Shown here in pieces: positions 38,701 to 52,000 of a DNA stretch of 64,000 bases (its first letter is position 1; each line of letters begins with the position of its first letter). Source of the stretch: Rhynchobatus australiae (lineage: Eukaryota); NCBI GenBank assembly GCA_034780895.1, contig JAUZTB010000083.1, positions 8,338,999 through 8,402,998 on the forward strand. Reading direction: 5' to 3'. Position numbers and translations under genes: made by a program. The notes under the pieces were generated by a model. The model saw only the letters and a list, made by a program, of their open reading frames with translations. It did no database searches and was not told the origin of the DNA.

Positions 38701-39905
38701 CACTTATTGAATCTGTGAATACAGATCTAAGTGCAGCTATAGTCATTTTGTTACTAAATTTGTATACTAAGTTTTGTAGTGGGGGTTTATTTATCTATGT
38801 TCAAAGCCACTTGAGTGTGGCCAAGCATTGAGACAGAATGCACAGATTTGCTTCCAATATTTTTTGATGTGCCACTGGCCACCAACCGGTAAATCCANNN
38901 NNNNNNNNNNNNNNNNNNNNNNNNNNNNNNNNNNNNNNNNNNNNNNNNNNNNNNNNNNNNNNNNNNNNNNNNNNNNNNNNNNNNNNNNNNNNNNNNNCCA
39001 CCAACCGGTAAATCCACCAAGTCTTTTTTACTTGGAGATTGTGCAGCCACATCTAGAATGATCTTAAGAAGAAACCAGGTTATACTTTTGTGGAGTGTAT
39101 GTATCCTGAATAAAGATGATCAAGCTACTGGTTGTTCATAGTTATGCCTTGTTCTGACTCGGGACCATAAGAATACTGAATTTTAGCTGTTGTGTTCATT
39201 TTATTATCATATCTGAAAACTGAGACTAAACTTGGCAGACATATAGATGTGCCCTCTTTTTTTCTCAGCTTCAGGGTGAGAATTCGATTCACTTGTAGAT
39301 GAAAAACTTCCTTTTCAGGTGCCCCTGGATCCACTGTTCTGAAATGCAATACCAGAAGAAGGAATATTATTGTCACACCACTGACCAGCGAGACTTCTTG
39401 GGGCTAATGAGTTATTAAGTAAAGGATACCAGTCCAAAAATTTGTAGAAACGTTTTTCTAGGTTATGAGAGCTGGGCCCCGAGGTCAGATTCAGAATCAC
39501 AGCTCTAAGTGAANNNNNNNNNNNNNNNNNNNNNNNNNNNNNNNNNNNNNNNNNNNNNNNNNNNNNNNNNNNNNNNNNNNNNNNNNNNNNNNNNNNNNNN
39601 NNNNNNNNNNNNNATTGAATTAATTGGAATTCACAGTGTTGCATTTGTTTACTTGATCTTCAAGTTTTTATTTTGCAAGTTGGAAGCCATTTCAGTGTTT
39701 GGCTTAACTTAAATCAGTGTAGCAATTTATTGAACTTTTAGGGCTTTATCGAACACTTTGTTTCCTTTGTAGAGTCTTTGAGCCCTTTCTAAGATTTGAA
39801 GTGAATTGACAATATCTATTGTCCAGTGGATAATAGGATGTCTTTAGAATTGACACAATTTTCTTTGTGTTTATCCTTTGGTCAGTGAGCTACAGCACTG
39901 TATGA

Positions 39906-39956
39906 AACTACTTAGATTGGAAAAAAAAATGATTTTTTTTCTCAATCTAAGTAGTT
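39906..39956. repeat. 51-bp near-perfect palindrome
   Basis: aactacttagattg / caatctaagtagtt (14 bp perfect) enclosing g-a9-t-g-a-t8-ct. Confidence 0.9.
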
Positions 39957-41554
39957 GGGGGAAAATCAATTCAGTGGATTTCACTTGATTACAAAACTTA
40001 ACTTGAGCCTTCATTTCAAAAATAATAATGCAGTACTTCGTTAGTTCTCCTTATGTAGAGTATGGTCTGCAGCATGAATTTATAGTTTATCTAGCATGGT
40101 ATCTTTGTTGATAAGTTCTCCATGGACTGCAGATCAAATTTACTAGAATAGGCAGCTCCTTGCTGCAGAGTTAACATAAGACAAGACTAAAGGTATTGGT
40201 TCCTTTTCTTCCCTCCAGTGCAGATGTTCTCAGCTTTATCACAAACCAGTCCCGTACTTTTCAGGACAAGACACAAACTGTGAGAGACATCCTAATCTCT
40301 CAAACTTCACATATTGACTGTTCCATATGAAGGCTCCCCCTTACCCCCACGCGTCCCCCACCAGGTCCACAATCTAGCATAAAAAACAAAAAAAAATTCT
40401 AAAATTAAAATTTCANNNNNNNNNNNNNNNNNNNNNNNNNNNNNNNNNNNNNNNNNNNTTTACTTTAATCTCATCTGCTAATGATATTTCCTGAACACTC
40501 GTTATGTTCCGAATTTCCTTTTTAAGCACCTTCCTCAGACTTTTTTTTCTAAACAATTGCCCTTCCCACTTTATCTTCAAGATCATGTTCATCTTTTGCT
40601 AAAGTTCTCTGTTTATTTTGTACATTAAAATCTTGCTGCTATTCCCTTGGTAACTTGTATAGGTTTGGTGACCTAAACCTTCTATATTAACTTCACCTTA
40701 TCTACTTCCACTGAATTCTTTGCTGTGAATTCCTCTCTTTCATGATCCACATGATGGATTACTCTCAATAATATTATACAAGATTAATGGAATTCTCTTA
40801 TTCACACCCTTCTCCCCTTTCCCATTCAGCTATTTTCTTCATGCCAACTAAACATGCTTTCATTTTCCACTCAGGATTGAAGCTCTTTTTCAATCTCAAT
40901 TTAAATTCCATTATTTCCCTTTGTTGGTCTACTGTCCTGAATGATATTTAGTGCTGCTATTGCCCCTTGTAAATTTTCATGTCTCTTATTAATCAGATCT
41001 AATCTGGTAAAACTGAAGTGAAATCTGCAGGTAGCAATGTCTAATGGACCTTGAATCTGACCACTGTGGTAGTTCACCACCAGATCTTTGAAACATTCTC
41101 TTTCCCAGTTAAATTTCCTAATGCAGCAAAATTACCTGGTAGATTGTAAATAAATACATTCCCAGTTGTACCACCTATTGCTCTGTCCCTGCGCTCCACG
41201 TGACATCCCAATTATTGACCACTGCATTTATTTCTGTCCCATGCTGCCTTCATCCATGCCTTCTATAATATGGCTGATAACATTACACCATTCCAAACTC
41301 CTCTTTTGAATAACTCAGTACCCTTTGGGCCTGAGGTTGCTTATGTCCTACCACTCTGATACCCAGCAGTCTGAATTTTACAATGCTACAAGCAGAAATA
41401 GCTTCTGTCACAGATACTAGTGGCATCATCTTATGGCAATTGCTGTTCCTCCTCATCTGTGTGTTTTCTATGCTGTTCATCATTTTTAGGTCATGCACTT
41501 TGGTAAGAAGAATCAAAAGGCAAACTATTATCTAAATGAAGACAGATCGCAAAT

Positions 41555-42226
41555 GACTTGTCATGAATCGTAAAAAGTTAGCAGGCAGGTACAGCAAGTG
41601 GTTAGGAAGGCAAATGACATATTGCCCTTTATCGAAAGGGGATTGAAGATTAGAATTGGGGGAAATATTGTTATAATTGTGCTGGGTGTTGGTGAGGTTA
41701 CATGTGGAGTATTGTATAAAGTTTTGCCCAGCCCCAATATTTAAGGTAGGATTGGAAGCAGCACAAGAGTGATTCAGTAGGCAAATTCTTTTGTTGAGAC
41801 TATTCTGCCTAAAAAATAGTTGGATCTGTACTCTATGGAGATAAGAAGAATGAGGAGTGATTTTATTGAAACACAGGATCCTGAAGGAGCATGACAGGGT
41901 AGATGTACAGACCTTTCCACGAGTAGGAGAGNNNNNNNNNNATGAGTTACAAGATGAGGCAGCCATTTAAAATTGAGGTGCACAGGAAATTTGTCTCACT
42001 GAGAATGGTGGATCCCTGGAATTCTCTGTTCCAGAGGTTTATGAAGACTAGATCATTGGAGGTATTTAAAGAGGAGATGTATAAACTAAGACAGATCAGG
42101 GAATCAGGGGGTTATGGGAAAATGCCACCAGACAGGAGTTGAAGCCTGGGGCAGATCAGCTATGATCATGTTGAATGGCGGGGTTGGTTTGAGGGTTCAG
42201 ATGGCCTTCTCCAGCTCTTCGTTTCT
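41555..42226 (+). mobile_element. CR1 LINE 3' part
   Basis: caggtacagcaagtggttaggaaggcaaat. ORF 41942-42142 (SLRMVDPWNSL...SLEVFKEEM). 3' UTR ggcagatcagctatgatc. Confidence 0.85.
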
Positions 42227-43787
42227 TTTGGGGAAAAAAGGTACAATATAAACTAAGCCAAACTCAGCCTTTTCAATTGCCTTTTAACTCCAACCGCTTT
42301 CCTGAATATCATATCAGGTTAGGTGTGATGTTATTGCTTGATCACAGCTGAGTATTCTTAATTTTTGCTTCAATAGCATCTTTGCAATAGTCTGCCTCTG
42401 CCTCACTCTTTCCACTACAGTATGATCAGAAGCTTGATCTCCTGGCAGATATCTTCATTTTCACATTCACTATCCCCTTCGCTCAGAATGTGACCACCTG
42501 TACCTAATCTCTTTTACCTAAAGCCTTACTTGGCTCCATCGGGTAACTGTTGCCAACAAATAAATTTCAAGATCGCTATCCTCAAATACTAGTATGATCT
42601 TTAACAAAGCACTAATGCCAGTAAATTTCCTGAATTCATCATCTTTTTCTAAAAAGTGTGATTCTGTTTATTAACTAATGATTACAATCACTTTGGGATA
42701 TTTGACTGCAACAGTTGCTTCCTATAGCGTCAGCTGTTTTTCTNNNNNNNNNNNNNNNNNNNNNNNNNNNNNNNNNNNNNNNNNNNNNNNNNNNNNNNNN
42801 NNNNNNNNNNNNNNNNNNNNNNNNNNNNNNNNNNNNNNNNNNNNNNNNNNNNNNNNNNNNNNNNNNNNNNNNNNNNNNNNNNNNNNNNNNNNNNNNNNNN
42901 NNNNNNNNNNNNNNNNNNNNNNNNNNNNNNNNNNNNNNNNNNNNNNNNNNNNNNNNNNNNNNNNNNNNNNNNNNNNNNNNNNNNNNNNNNNNNNNNNNNN
43001 NNNNNNNNNNNNNNNNNNNNNNNNNNNNNNNNNNNNNNNNNNNNNNNNNNNNNNNNNNNNNNNNNNNNNNNNNNNNNNNNNNNNNNNNCGCAAATAATAT
43101 TGGTTTAAGGTTGCGGTAGTTGTTGAGTTTTTGTTTGTATTGCTTTAGTAACCCTTTTAAACAGCAGAGTGCCTTCCAGATTGTGCAGTAGGGTGTGACC
43201 AGCTCGTGTCTGGAAGCCACTTCCACTTGCAAGGACGTCAAAGATGATTTCTTTCTGACTTGGAAAGGCTTGAGGATCCACCTTCCACACACTGTAATCC
43301 AATCCACAGGGAGTGGTATGTAGGAAGGCAGCAATCTGAACACCATTCTTTTAGTTCATCCACTTTTATACACATGTTCCCAAAATTTTGAGGTAGTCTC
43401 TGAATCTAACACAACTTATTTCAGTAATGACTGTGTGTTTTGCTTGGAGCTTGAGCAATCTGTGCTCAGGCACTCTGATTGCTCTGCTCAGTGCTCAAAA
43501 CAGTCAAGTGACTAATTGTGAACTGTTTTAATTCTCCAAAGCAGTGTTCTATCTGAGGCAAGGCAAATGATGTTTTCACCTGATAACTTCTAACTTTGCT
43601 TCAGTGACTCATCTTAGCTCTGTTAGGTTGAAATTGATATGCATCACTGTTGATCGTTAATAAATACAATTGACGATCACTTTTTGAACATGAAGCATAG
43701 ACCACTGTGATAAATATTGAAAACTTGTCCTAGAATGTGTTCATTTTCAAAATACTTTTGGTTCATCTTATTATATGGCCAGTAATG

Positions 43788-44135
43788 ACCTGGAATATAT
43801 ACAAAATTATGAGCATAAATAGTGTAGAAAGGAAGAAACTATTTCCCAGGGAACAGGTACCTAAAATCATAGGGTAAGGGGTAAGAGCTTAGAGGGGATC
43901 TAAGGAAGAACTTTCTCATCCAGAGTATGGTGGGAATCTGGAGCACACTGCCTCAGTGGGTGGGAGAGGTAGATACTCTCACAGCATTTAAGATGAGCGT
44001 TCAAATTGCCAAGGCATAGAAGATTTACGGACCAAGTGCTGGTAAATGTTATAGATTGAGTATTTATTTGCTGGTCGGCATGGACGTAGTCCACTGTAGG
44101 GCCTGCTTATGTCCTCTGACTCTGACTATGACTCT
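43788..44135 (+). mobile_element. CR1 LINE 3' end
   Basis: aaactatttccc...gaggggatctaaggaagaactttctcatccagag...gggaatctggagcacactgcct...gggcctgcttatgt, with (ctctga)-type tail. Confidence 0.85.
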
Positions 44136-44161
44136 AAGCTNNNNNNNNNNNNNNNNNNNNN

Positions 44162-45255
44162 GTGGATATTGTAACTTGTTTGGTTCCCTTGTGCTCAACA
44201 CTAACAAAATACTTTGAATTCTTTTTATCATTTGCCATTCAATATATCACTCATTGACAAAGAGCATATTTTAGATAGCACTTAACATGGGTAAAGTTGA
44301 GGATCATCTAGAATTTGGAAAGTCCAACTAAGTCTCTAATGCTTCCAGAGTCCCCTGAGGTTAGTGACCTGGTGACTTAAAAAGAACCTACTCAGGGGAG
44401 CTGAGTAAACCACAATGGATTTTTTCACTCAGATTTCTCCCAATTGGGACATAATCTGTGGGGAAAACAAGGATATCAGAGTGTAAATGTTTGTTTGCCA
44501 TTTGTGGAACTTCAGTCTTTTTTGTATGTACCAAAACTTGTTGCTGATACTTCACCCATTGATGATGACATCATTAAGGTTTGATGCAGTTGTGTCTGAT
44601 TTGTTCTTTCTTTCAAACTACTTGCTAAGATGCTGGTGGTTCTCTGGGTCCAAATTTTCAAAACAAATCTCACCCAAGTTTGAAATGTTGGGATATTGCT
44701 TAAGATGGTCTGTTGATGCATAAGCAGAGGAGTTTTGTATATGTTTCCTTGGATTCCCTTCAAAATGGATCTTTTGTAGAGTCAAAATGGATTTTTTTTA
44801 ACTAACTATTCAGATTAATTTTGGGAGCCCTCTTCCCCTCTCCCAATCTAAGAAAATAGAACACCCTGTTACCCCATGTCTGTTGGAAAGCCATTTGGGA
44901 GAAAAATTCAAACAGTTGGTTATCAGTGTTTATGGGAGACCTGAAAAGTTGTGCATGCCCTTGACTGCTTCATTATTTTACATAAAACTTGAATGAGAAG
45001 CAAAACAAACAGCAATGGATTTTTTAGGACTGTTTGATTCCTCTAAGTTTACATTCTTTTCAAAGAACTTAATTGCTCCCTTGAGTAATGTGTTTATTGC
45101 AGCTTATTTCAGTTTTGCCCAACACTGAATATATCAAAGTCATTCTTTCGTATTTTTTTTATCATTTTCCATCCAATACATCATTCATTGACAAAGAGCA
45201 TCTTTTAGATGGCATTTAACATGGGTAAAGCAAAGGATCATCTAGAATTTGGAAA
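44162..45255 (+). repeat. Dispersed direct duplication (copy 1 44162-44321, copy 2 45090-45255)
   Basis: Shared core tttatcattt.ccat.caata.atca.tcattgacaaagagcat.ttttagat.gca.ttaacatgggtaaag...aggatcatctagaatttggaaa. Confidence 0.9.
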
Positions 45256-45811
45256 ATGGTTTCCTATAGAGTAGAATATATGGCAGTCAGTGCATTGAGT
45301 AATGTGCCCTTCACCTTGTGTGAATTCCTGGTAGGATCCACCAGAATGTGTTGTATTTTTGCAGTTATTATTGCTAGGAAATCACGGATTCTATTCATGC
45401 TATATGCAAAGCTTTATTAATGTTTGCTTGTTCAAATTAATCTGAAGGTACAAGCCCTTAACCAAAACACTACTTGTGTCCTTTGAGGTTAACAAAGACA
45501 AACGAATATTAGAAGTTTCTTCCTATGCAGTTAAGAGATGTATTTAGCTGGATTGTCTTAAATGCCAAAATGTTAAGCAGATAGGTGGGAAAGTAGTACC
45601 TTCTGCTAGTTCTGCTTGGTCTTCATCATAATTAATGAGTCATGATTCATTGGGAATAAGAAGAACAGGGAAAAAGTATTACCAAATATCTTGCCAATCC
45701 TGTAGGGGTATACTTTTGAAAAAAGGTTTTTAAAACTCGTTTGTGATTTAACAAACTTTGTTTTCCAAAGTCTTGAGATCTGCTTAAAACTCCTACCAAA
45801 TCGGAGGTTTA

Positions 45812-47035
45812 TTCACTTGGACACCTCTCTCTCTTCTCTGGGTCTCTGTCTTCATCTCAGGACACAAACTATCCACTGATATTTACGATAAACCCAATGA
45901 CACCCACAGCTACCTAGACTGCACCTCCTCTCACCCTGTCTCTTGTCAGGGCACCATCCCTGTCAGTTTTTCCTTTTTCTGGAAACGTGGCTTTCCCCCT
46001 ACAGTGGTTGATGGAGCCCTCACCCTTGTCTCCATTTCCTGCACTTTTGTCTTGGGGCAGGTGGGTTGAGAGCAGAAGGGAGATGGAGTTCTCTTGGCCC
46101 TTGCCTTTCACCGTACCAGCATCTTCATTCAGCAAGTCATTCTCTGTCCTTTCTGCCAGCTGCATCGTGATCCCACCACCAGTCATATCTTCCCCTCCCC
46201 ACCCCTTTCTGATTCTGTAGGGACCACTCTCTCATGACTCCCTGGATTGTTTATCCCTCCTCACCCATTCCTCCCCAACCCCAGGCTCTCTTCCCTGCAA
46301 CTGTGGGAGGTACAATACCTGTCCCTACACCTCTTCCCTCACCATCATCCAGGGACTGAAACAGTCCTTTAAGATGAGGTACAGATTCGCAAACACCTCC
46401 TCCAACCTTGTCTGTATCATTAGGTGCTTTCAGTTTGGCCTCCCCTACATCGACAATACCAAGTACAGACTGGGCAAATGCTTTGCTAAACCTCCTCTGT
46501 TGCTTTCACTCTCCTGCTGATTTGCTGTGGTCATCATGCACACTGTCTTCTTTCCAACCCAGCCTCCTGTTACCCAGTTTCTTTCCCTTCCTCCACCTGG
46601 TTCCATCTGCCTATCACCTACACACTCTACCCACTTGATTCTCTATCTCCTGAGCCCCCCCCAATGCCCCAGTGTTCCCTTTTGCCCAGTATCCCTCCCT
46701 TATTTGGTTCCACTCAACGTGTTCCTTATTAGATTTCAGCCCTTTGATGCCTCAACTATCACCTCCCAGCCTCTGTCACTATCTCCACCCTTCCCTCCCC
46801 CCACGTGGTTCCATCTGCCCATCAACCCCTCCTCACCTGGATCCACCTATCACTTGCCAGCTCTTGCCCACCACACCATTTATATTGGATATCTCCCCTT
46901 TACATCTTCAGTCCTATTGCAGGGTCTCAACCTAAAACATCGACTATCCATTTCCTTCCACAGATGCAGCCTAACCTGATGAGTTCCTTCAGCAGTTTGA
47001 TTTTTGTTCCAGATGTGCAGTCTCTTGTGTCTCTA
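45812..47035 (+). mobile_element. Penelope-like element: RT thumb, GIY-YIG endonuclease, terminal repeat
   Basis: SISGHKLSTDIYDKPNDTHSYLDCTSSHP near 45850-45936. PCNCGRYNTCP and NLVCIIRCFQFGLPYIDNTKYRLG (decayed VY..YIG) near 46290-46480. Terminal repeat cagatgcagcctaacctgatgagttccttcagcagtttg. Confidence 0.88.
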
Positions 47036-49059
47036 GATATTAATGTATTATATGTGCAAGTATTAAAGGAATACCAAATTATGTCTCAAAACAGTGGATG
47101 TGGTAAACTGAGGAAGAGTTCAGGACTATGGAATGGGGTTGGTGGGGCATCAAGGGCCAATTTATGGGGTTGTAATATATCCTAAATAGAAATATTCTCA
47201 TGGAAGAAGCAGAAAGTCTTATTGGTACACTTCTTAAAAAGTTCCATCCAAAATAGAAAAGGCCATAGGGGCATCAAACAGGATGCTAACTATCCCATGA
47301 TTACCACTTGCAGATTTGTAGCAAGGCTCCTGGATAGTTCAAATTCTCCTGGATATTATGTTGAGAATGTGATATATAAGTTTACTGAAAATAAAAATAC
47401 CACAAAGCGTAGTGCGAGTAACTTCAGACAACATTTGTTCTGTATTTCATGCATAGCATTCTCCAGCTTTGTGACTGGTAATTTAAGTAAATATAATTGG
47501 TGTTTCTGATTAATTGATGCCTCCAGGGTTCAATTAATTGGGCACATTGCTGAGAGAGCTGCAGTGCTCTCTTGCTGTTATGAATTATTCCAGATATCAT
47601 TTGCAAACAAAATATTTTTAACTTCAATTCCTGCTGCAGAAAGGAGTACAATAAATTAGCTTCCTTGTTTTTTAATACTTTATGGGGCAATATCTGGGTG
47701 TTTTGTTACATGTTCAAAGTTGGTCAGCGGTGCAGTTCTGAGCTCCAAATTATACTCGCGGGTGGGGTGCACTTTAATGGATAGTTGGATTGTCAATTTT
47801 TCTGTTGTCTGCATTGCACAGTCTGGCATGGAACACGTCTGTACAGGAAAAGCTAACTTTACTACAAAATGCTTGGTACAGCATTTACATCTTGGTTGCT
47901 ATTGTTAAAGTAAACTATTTCTGGTCAGTCTTTCTTGTTCAGCCTGAACATGATTTGTTAATTAAAGTCTGTCTTTAAAGACACAGCAGTTTTCTGCCAG
48001 GGCATCCTACTCTGTAGATGTATTCTGCCATAGGTCTTTATTCATTCTAAGTTGTAAATTGTTTGAAGTTACAATGTATTCAGTTTGAAGCACAATAAGC
48101 ACGGTCCAGCGTACACAATAAAAGTAAGGATCACAAGATAAAATAAGCCACCAGACCCCACAAGCCTGCCCTGCCATTCAGTATGATCATGGCCTCAACT
48201 CATCCTCACAAAATGAATCAACCATTAGCTACATACAACCTTATCAATAGCCTGGTTCTGGAGATTCAGCCTTTTACTTCCTAGCTACTGGATATTATTG
48301 TCCACTGTACACTTTTTTTGTGATCTTCCGTGAGCTACTGAGACCATTCCACTCATCATCTTTGGTATTCAAGTTCTTTAATGGTGAGTTGATGGGTCTG
48401 GGGTCTCTTTTTTGAGAACTCAGTCCTGTAGAATTTCACCTGAGTTTGCCTTGGTGAATCCATCAGTATTTTTTTATGCCAGTTTGTTGTCCATTTAGGA
48501 TCACCCCAGTGGAATCAGAATGGGAAATTCTATTTCTGATGTTACCTGTAGGTCAAACAAAATAGCTCAGAGACGGATACATGGGTTAGGCAAGATATGT
48601 GATTGAGTTTAAATTGTAAAACTGGCAGGGAAGCCAACTACACAATTAATTGCTTCAGGTCATGGGTTGGAGCAAGTATTTGAGATTTCCTTTTGTTAAT
48701 TTGTGCCCTATACACTAAAAAAGCAAACTTTTTGAATTTTTGTTTCGAGAGTCAACCTCAAGTGCATAATATGGAAGAAGTGCTGATATTTCTGGTCTGT
48801 GAATTGAATAAGCATTACTGGAGAATGGTTCATAAAGTTGTTTTTATGATTGTTTTTCAAATAATATTAATAAATCTCAGCTTCAATTCTGAATGCAGTG
48901 CAGAAAGGGTGGGCATAAGTTTCATTAAATCCAGGTAGTTCTACTTTTCTGGTTTGATCTCTGCAATTGGTAATTAATGGGTTGTTTCACCACCCCCACT
49001 TGCTCCATTAGAATAATAAAATCTTTCTTACCATAAAAATAGATTGTTCTTTGAAAGGC

Positions 49060-49870
49060 AGTGTACTTGTACAGTGCCCATAACATGGTGAAATCTGCCT
49101 TGGGGCTTCATAGAAATGTTATCCAACAAAATAGACCCTGCCCTATGTGGGATGACCAAATGCTTGGAAGAAAAGAAAGATGGTGGGGAGGTTAAGAATT
49201 CCACAACTTGGGGCCTTGGCTGCTGAATTTGTGGCCATCACCATTGGAGCAATAAAATTGGGCTGCTCAAGAACTCAGAATTGGAGGTTTACAGGCCTGT
49301 TTCAGAAGGATTGTGGGCCTGGAAGACATTACAAAGACTGGCAAGGCTGTAGAGAGTTCTGAAGGCACAGTATTTGTGTACTTAGTGCCTAAAGTAGATC
49401 AGTAAACAACTTTGTTGTATGTGCACTTGCTCACACAGAGCTATGCACTTTGCTGTAAAGGGAAGGATGGCCAGGAGCTCATTGGATTCGAGTTCAGAAA
49501 TAAGAGATAGAAAAGGTTTCAGCAGCAGATGAGCAGAGCTGGGAACAAACTTGGCCAATGATGTAGTGGGTATGAGGCTGGAAGTTCATCCTTGGGTCAG
49601 ATACACCACTGAGATTTCAAACAGTCTGCTTCAACATCATAGTTGCAAGAGGCAGGGGTGGAATCGGGGAAAGTGGTTGCAGTGCAAACCAAAAACAATG
49701 GCTTTGAACCTCTCAGTATTCAAGTGTGTCATCGGTGCATGTGTAGAAGCAGATGATGAGATTTTGCATGATGCTGTAAGAAATCGAGGAGCATCTGGGG
49801 AGTAATCCTTGGAGATACTGAAGGTGATGACAGTAGAGTGGAAAGATCAACCACTGCAGGTGATCATCTG
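49060..49870 (-). mobile_element. L2 LINE fragment, decayed
   Basis: gggcttcatagaaatgttatc...gatgaccaaatgcttgg...gaattccacaacttggggccttggctgctgaa...ggtttcagcagcagatgagc. Same family as 1815-2372. Confidence 0.65.
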
Positions 49871-50751
49871 GATTGAACCACAGTGATTTTATTACTGGTG
49901 ATGAAGTTAAATTGTTACTTTGGTTATCTAGGTTGTGAATGTCAATGGCAAGATAATGAGATGCCCAAGTTTAAGAAAACCACAGGACAATATAGAAAAT
50001 AACCATGAAGTATGAAGTTAAGGTCTATAGTATTACATAGTTTGCAAAGGAATAGTGAAGAGTTTGACGGTTGTTATGAACAATTAGTTTACTTTTTCTG
50101 CTGTAACATTCTGTGATTCCTCTGCAGACATAAAAAATGTGTGTGTGTGTGAAAATAATAGAGTGAATAAACAATTCTAAGTTTTGGGGGCCAGAAACCC
50201 CTTTTTTTCAATTAGTGCGCTGTCTCCTTACTCTCTGTAATTAAACATATTGAGCTTCATGAAAGGTAATTTGAAATTAATATCTTAAAGTATGCAGAGT
50301 GCATTTTGTTAATGTAGAAACTATCAAATTACAACTGGGATTCAATATTAAATAGATCCTTTATCTAGGATCTGTTGTTGGAACTTCATTTTCAATAAGC
50401 AGCTGATAATACAGGTCTTTTTAGGTAAAAGACCTAATAAAACTTGGAAAACACATTGGAACAGTGGGTGAGGTTGGGGGAAATTCTTTCATGAAGTCAG
50501 TTGAGTGGAATGCCTGGGCCACTGGTGCATCCCAGGCAATCTTTCTGTTTTTGACTTCACAGTAAAAGTTAAACCATTAAAGAAGAAAAACACATGGAAA
50601 ATACTTATGGGCAGCAGCAGCACCCTGCATAAAGCAGAAGAGTAAATTGACAGGCAAGTTTACAATTCATACATGTAATAAACATTAAAGGCAAAGGGAA
50701 GTTGAACAACAGTCATGTTGGAAAATTCACCCAGACCAAAAATAGTCCAAA

Positions 50752-50897
50752 GCAAAAAAAAACAAACTGCTGGAGGACCTCAGTGGGTTGAGCAGCATCT
50801 ATGGGAGGAAATGAATTGTCATCATTTTGGATAAGACCCTGCATTAGGACTGAGAGTAGAAAGGGAAGATATCCAGCATTTGCAGTCTCATGTCTCC
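50752..50897. mobile_element. Penelope-derived mini-element (minus half followed by a plus-strand end)
   Basis: aacaaactgctggaggacctcagtgggttgagcagcatct...gaccctgcattaggactg, then atccagcatttgcagtctc. Confidence 0.72.
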
Positions 50898-51824
50898 AAA
50901 AGAAATCTTGAGCTTAGTCAAGGAGCATGTTGAGGAGAATAATGGCAGACTTATTTTGATTCAATTTTTTGGTAGATGATTTGAGACCGGGACTTGCAAG
51001 TATTAACATTTGTACACAGTCAGAAAAGACAAAATGATGGAATGAGTACTTGGAGAAGGGCATTGTAGTGAGTGTTAAATACTAAAGGAAAACACTCCAG
51101 CAGTAGAAAAATGTCAGGCCTCTTCTCTCCATTCAGAGAATCACCAACTGTACAAAGTAGAAATGNNNNNNNNNNNNNNNNNNNNNNNNNNNNNNNNNNN
51201 NNNNNNNNNNNNNNNNNNNNNNNNNNNNNNNNNNNNNNNNNNNNNNNNNNNNNNNNNNNNNNNNNACTGTACAAAGTAGAAATGATAACGGGGAGCCACT
51301 ATATATATGAAGTTGTGTTTTAGGTTTCAGACAATTCAGTGAGATGCTTCACCTCAAGATTTGAGAAACCCCTTTCACCAGTCTTCTCTTGCAAACATTC
51401 CAAACGTCAGTAGACCTTAGATACAGACCTTAGATGCAGCTTGTGATCATGGGTAGGCGATCTCATGAATTGTGGAACCTTGAATCTAATCCTGTCTTAG
51501 AAGATCCACGTGTACATTAGGGACTGGGGTAGTAATGGGAAATGGAAATTTTTGCCAACAAGCCTATCACAGGATTATTGGAACTAAATTCTGACTTGAA
51601 TACTGAGATTAACCATTGCCACACAAATAAGACATTCAGGTCTATGTGCAATGCATTGCATTTCAACCACCACTGAGTCACCTTGAAAACGCCTTAAGAT
51701 GCATATTTGTAATGGTTGGCAATTGTGTAGATTGTGCAAAGCTTCTAAGAAATAGAATCAGCAGTAGTTCAAATGGCTTACACTGTTGTTTAGTAAAATT
51801 ATGGCTGTCATTTCAGTTTTGGAC

Positions 51825-52000
51825 ACTTTCTCCAAAACCTTTTATATCCCTACAGGAAAAATCTATCTTGATCTTATATACACAAGAGTACTGGGATGGA
51901 GAATTCCAAAGATTCACCAAGAGAAGAAATTCCTCCTCATCTCTCTTAAATGAACAAATCCTTCTTCAGAAACAATGCCACCTAGTTCTAGATTTTCCCC
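51825..52000 (-). mobile_element. CR1 3' fragment
   Basis: gagaattccaaagattcacc...gagaagaaattcctcctcatctc...ctagttctagatt. Confidence 0.7.

Noticed and set aside
50341-50435. Two adjacent 9-10 bp hairpins
   Set aside because: Short, AT-rich stems expected by chance. No H/ACA boxes or miRNA-length stem.
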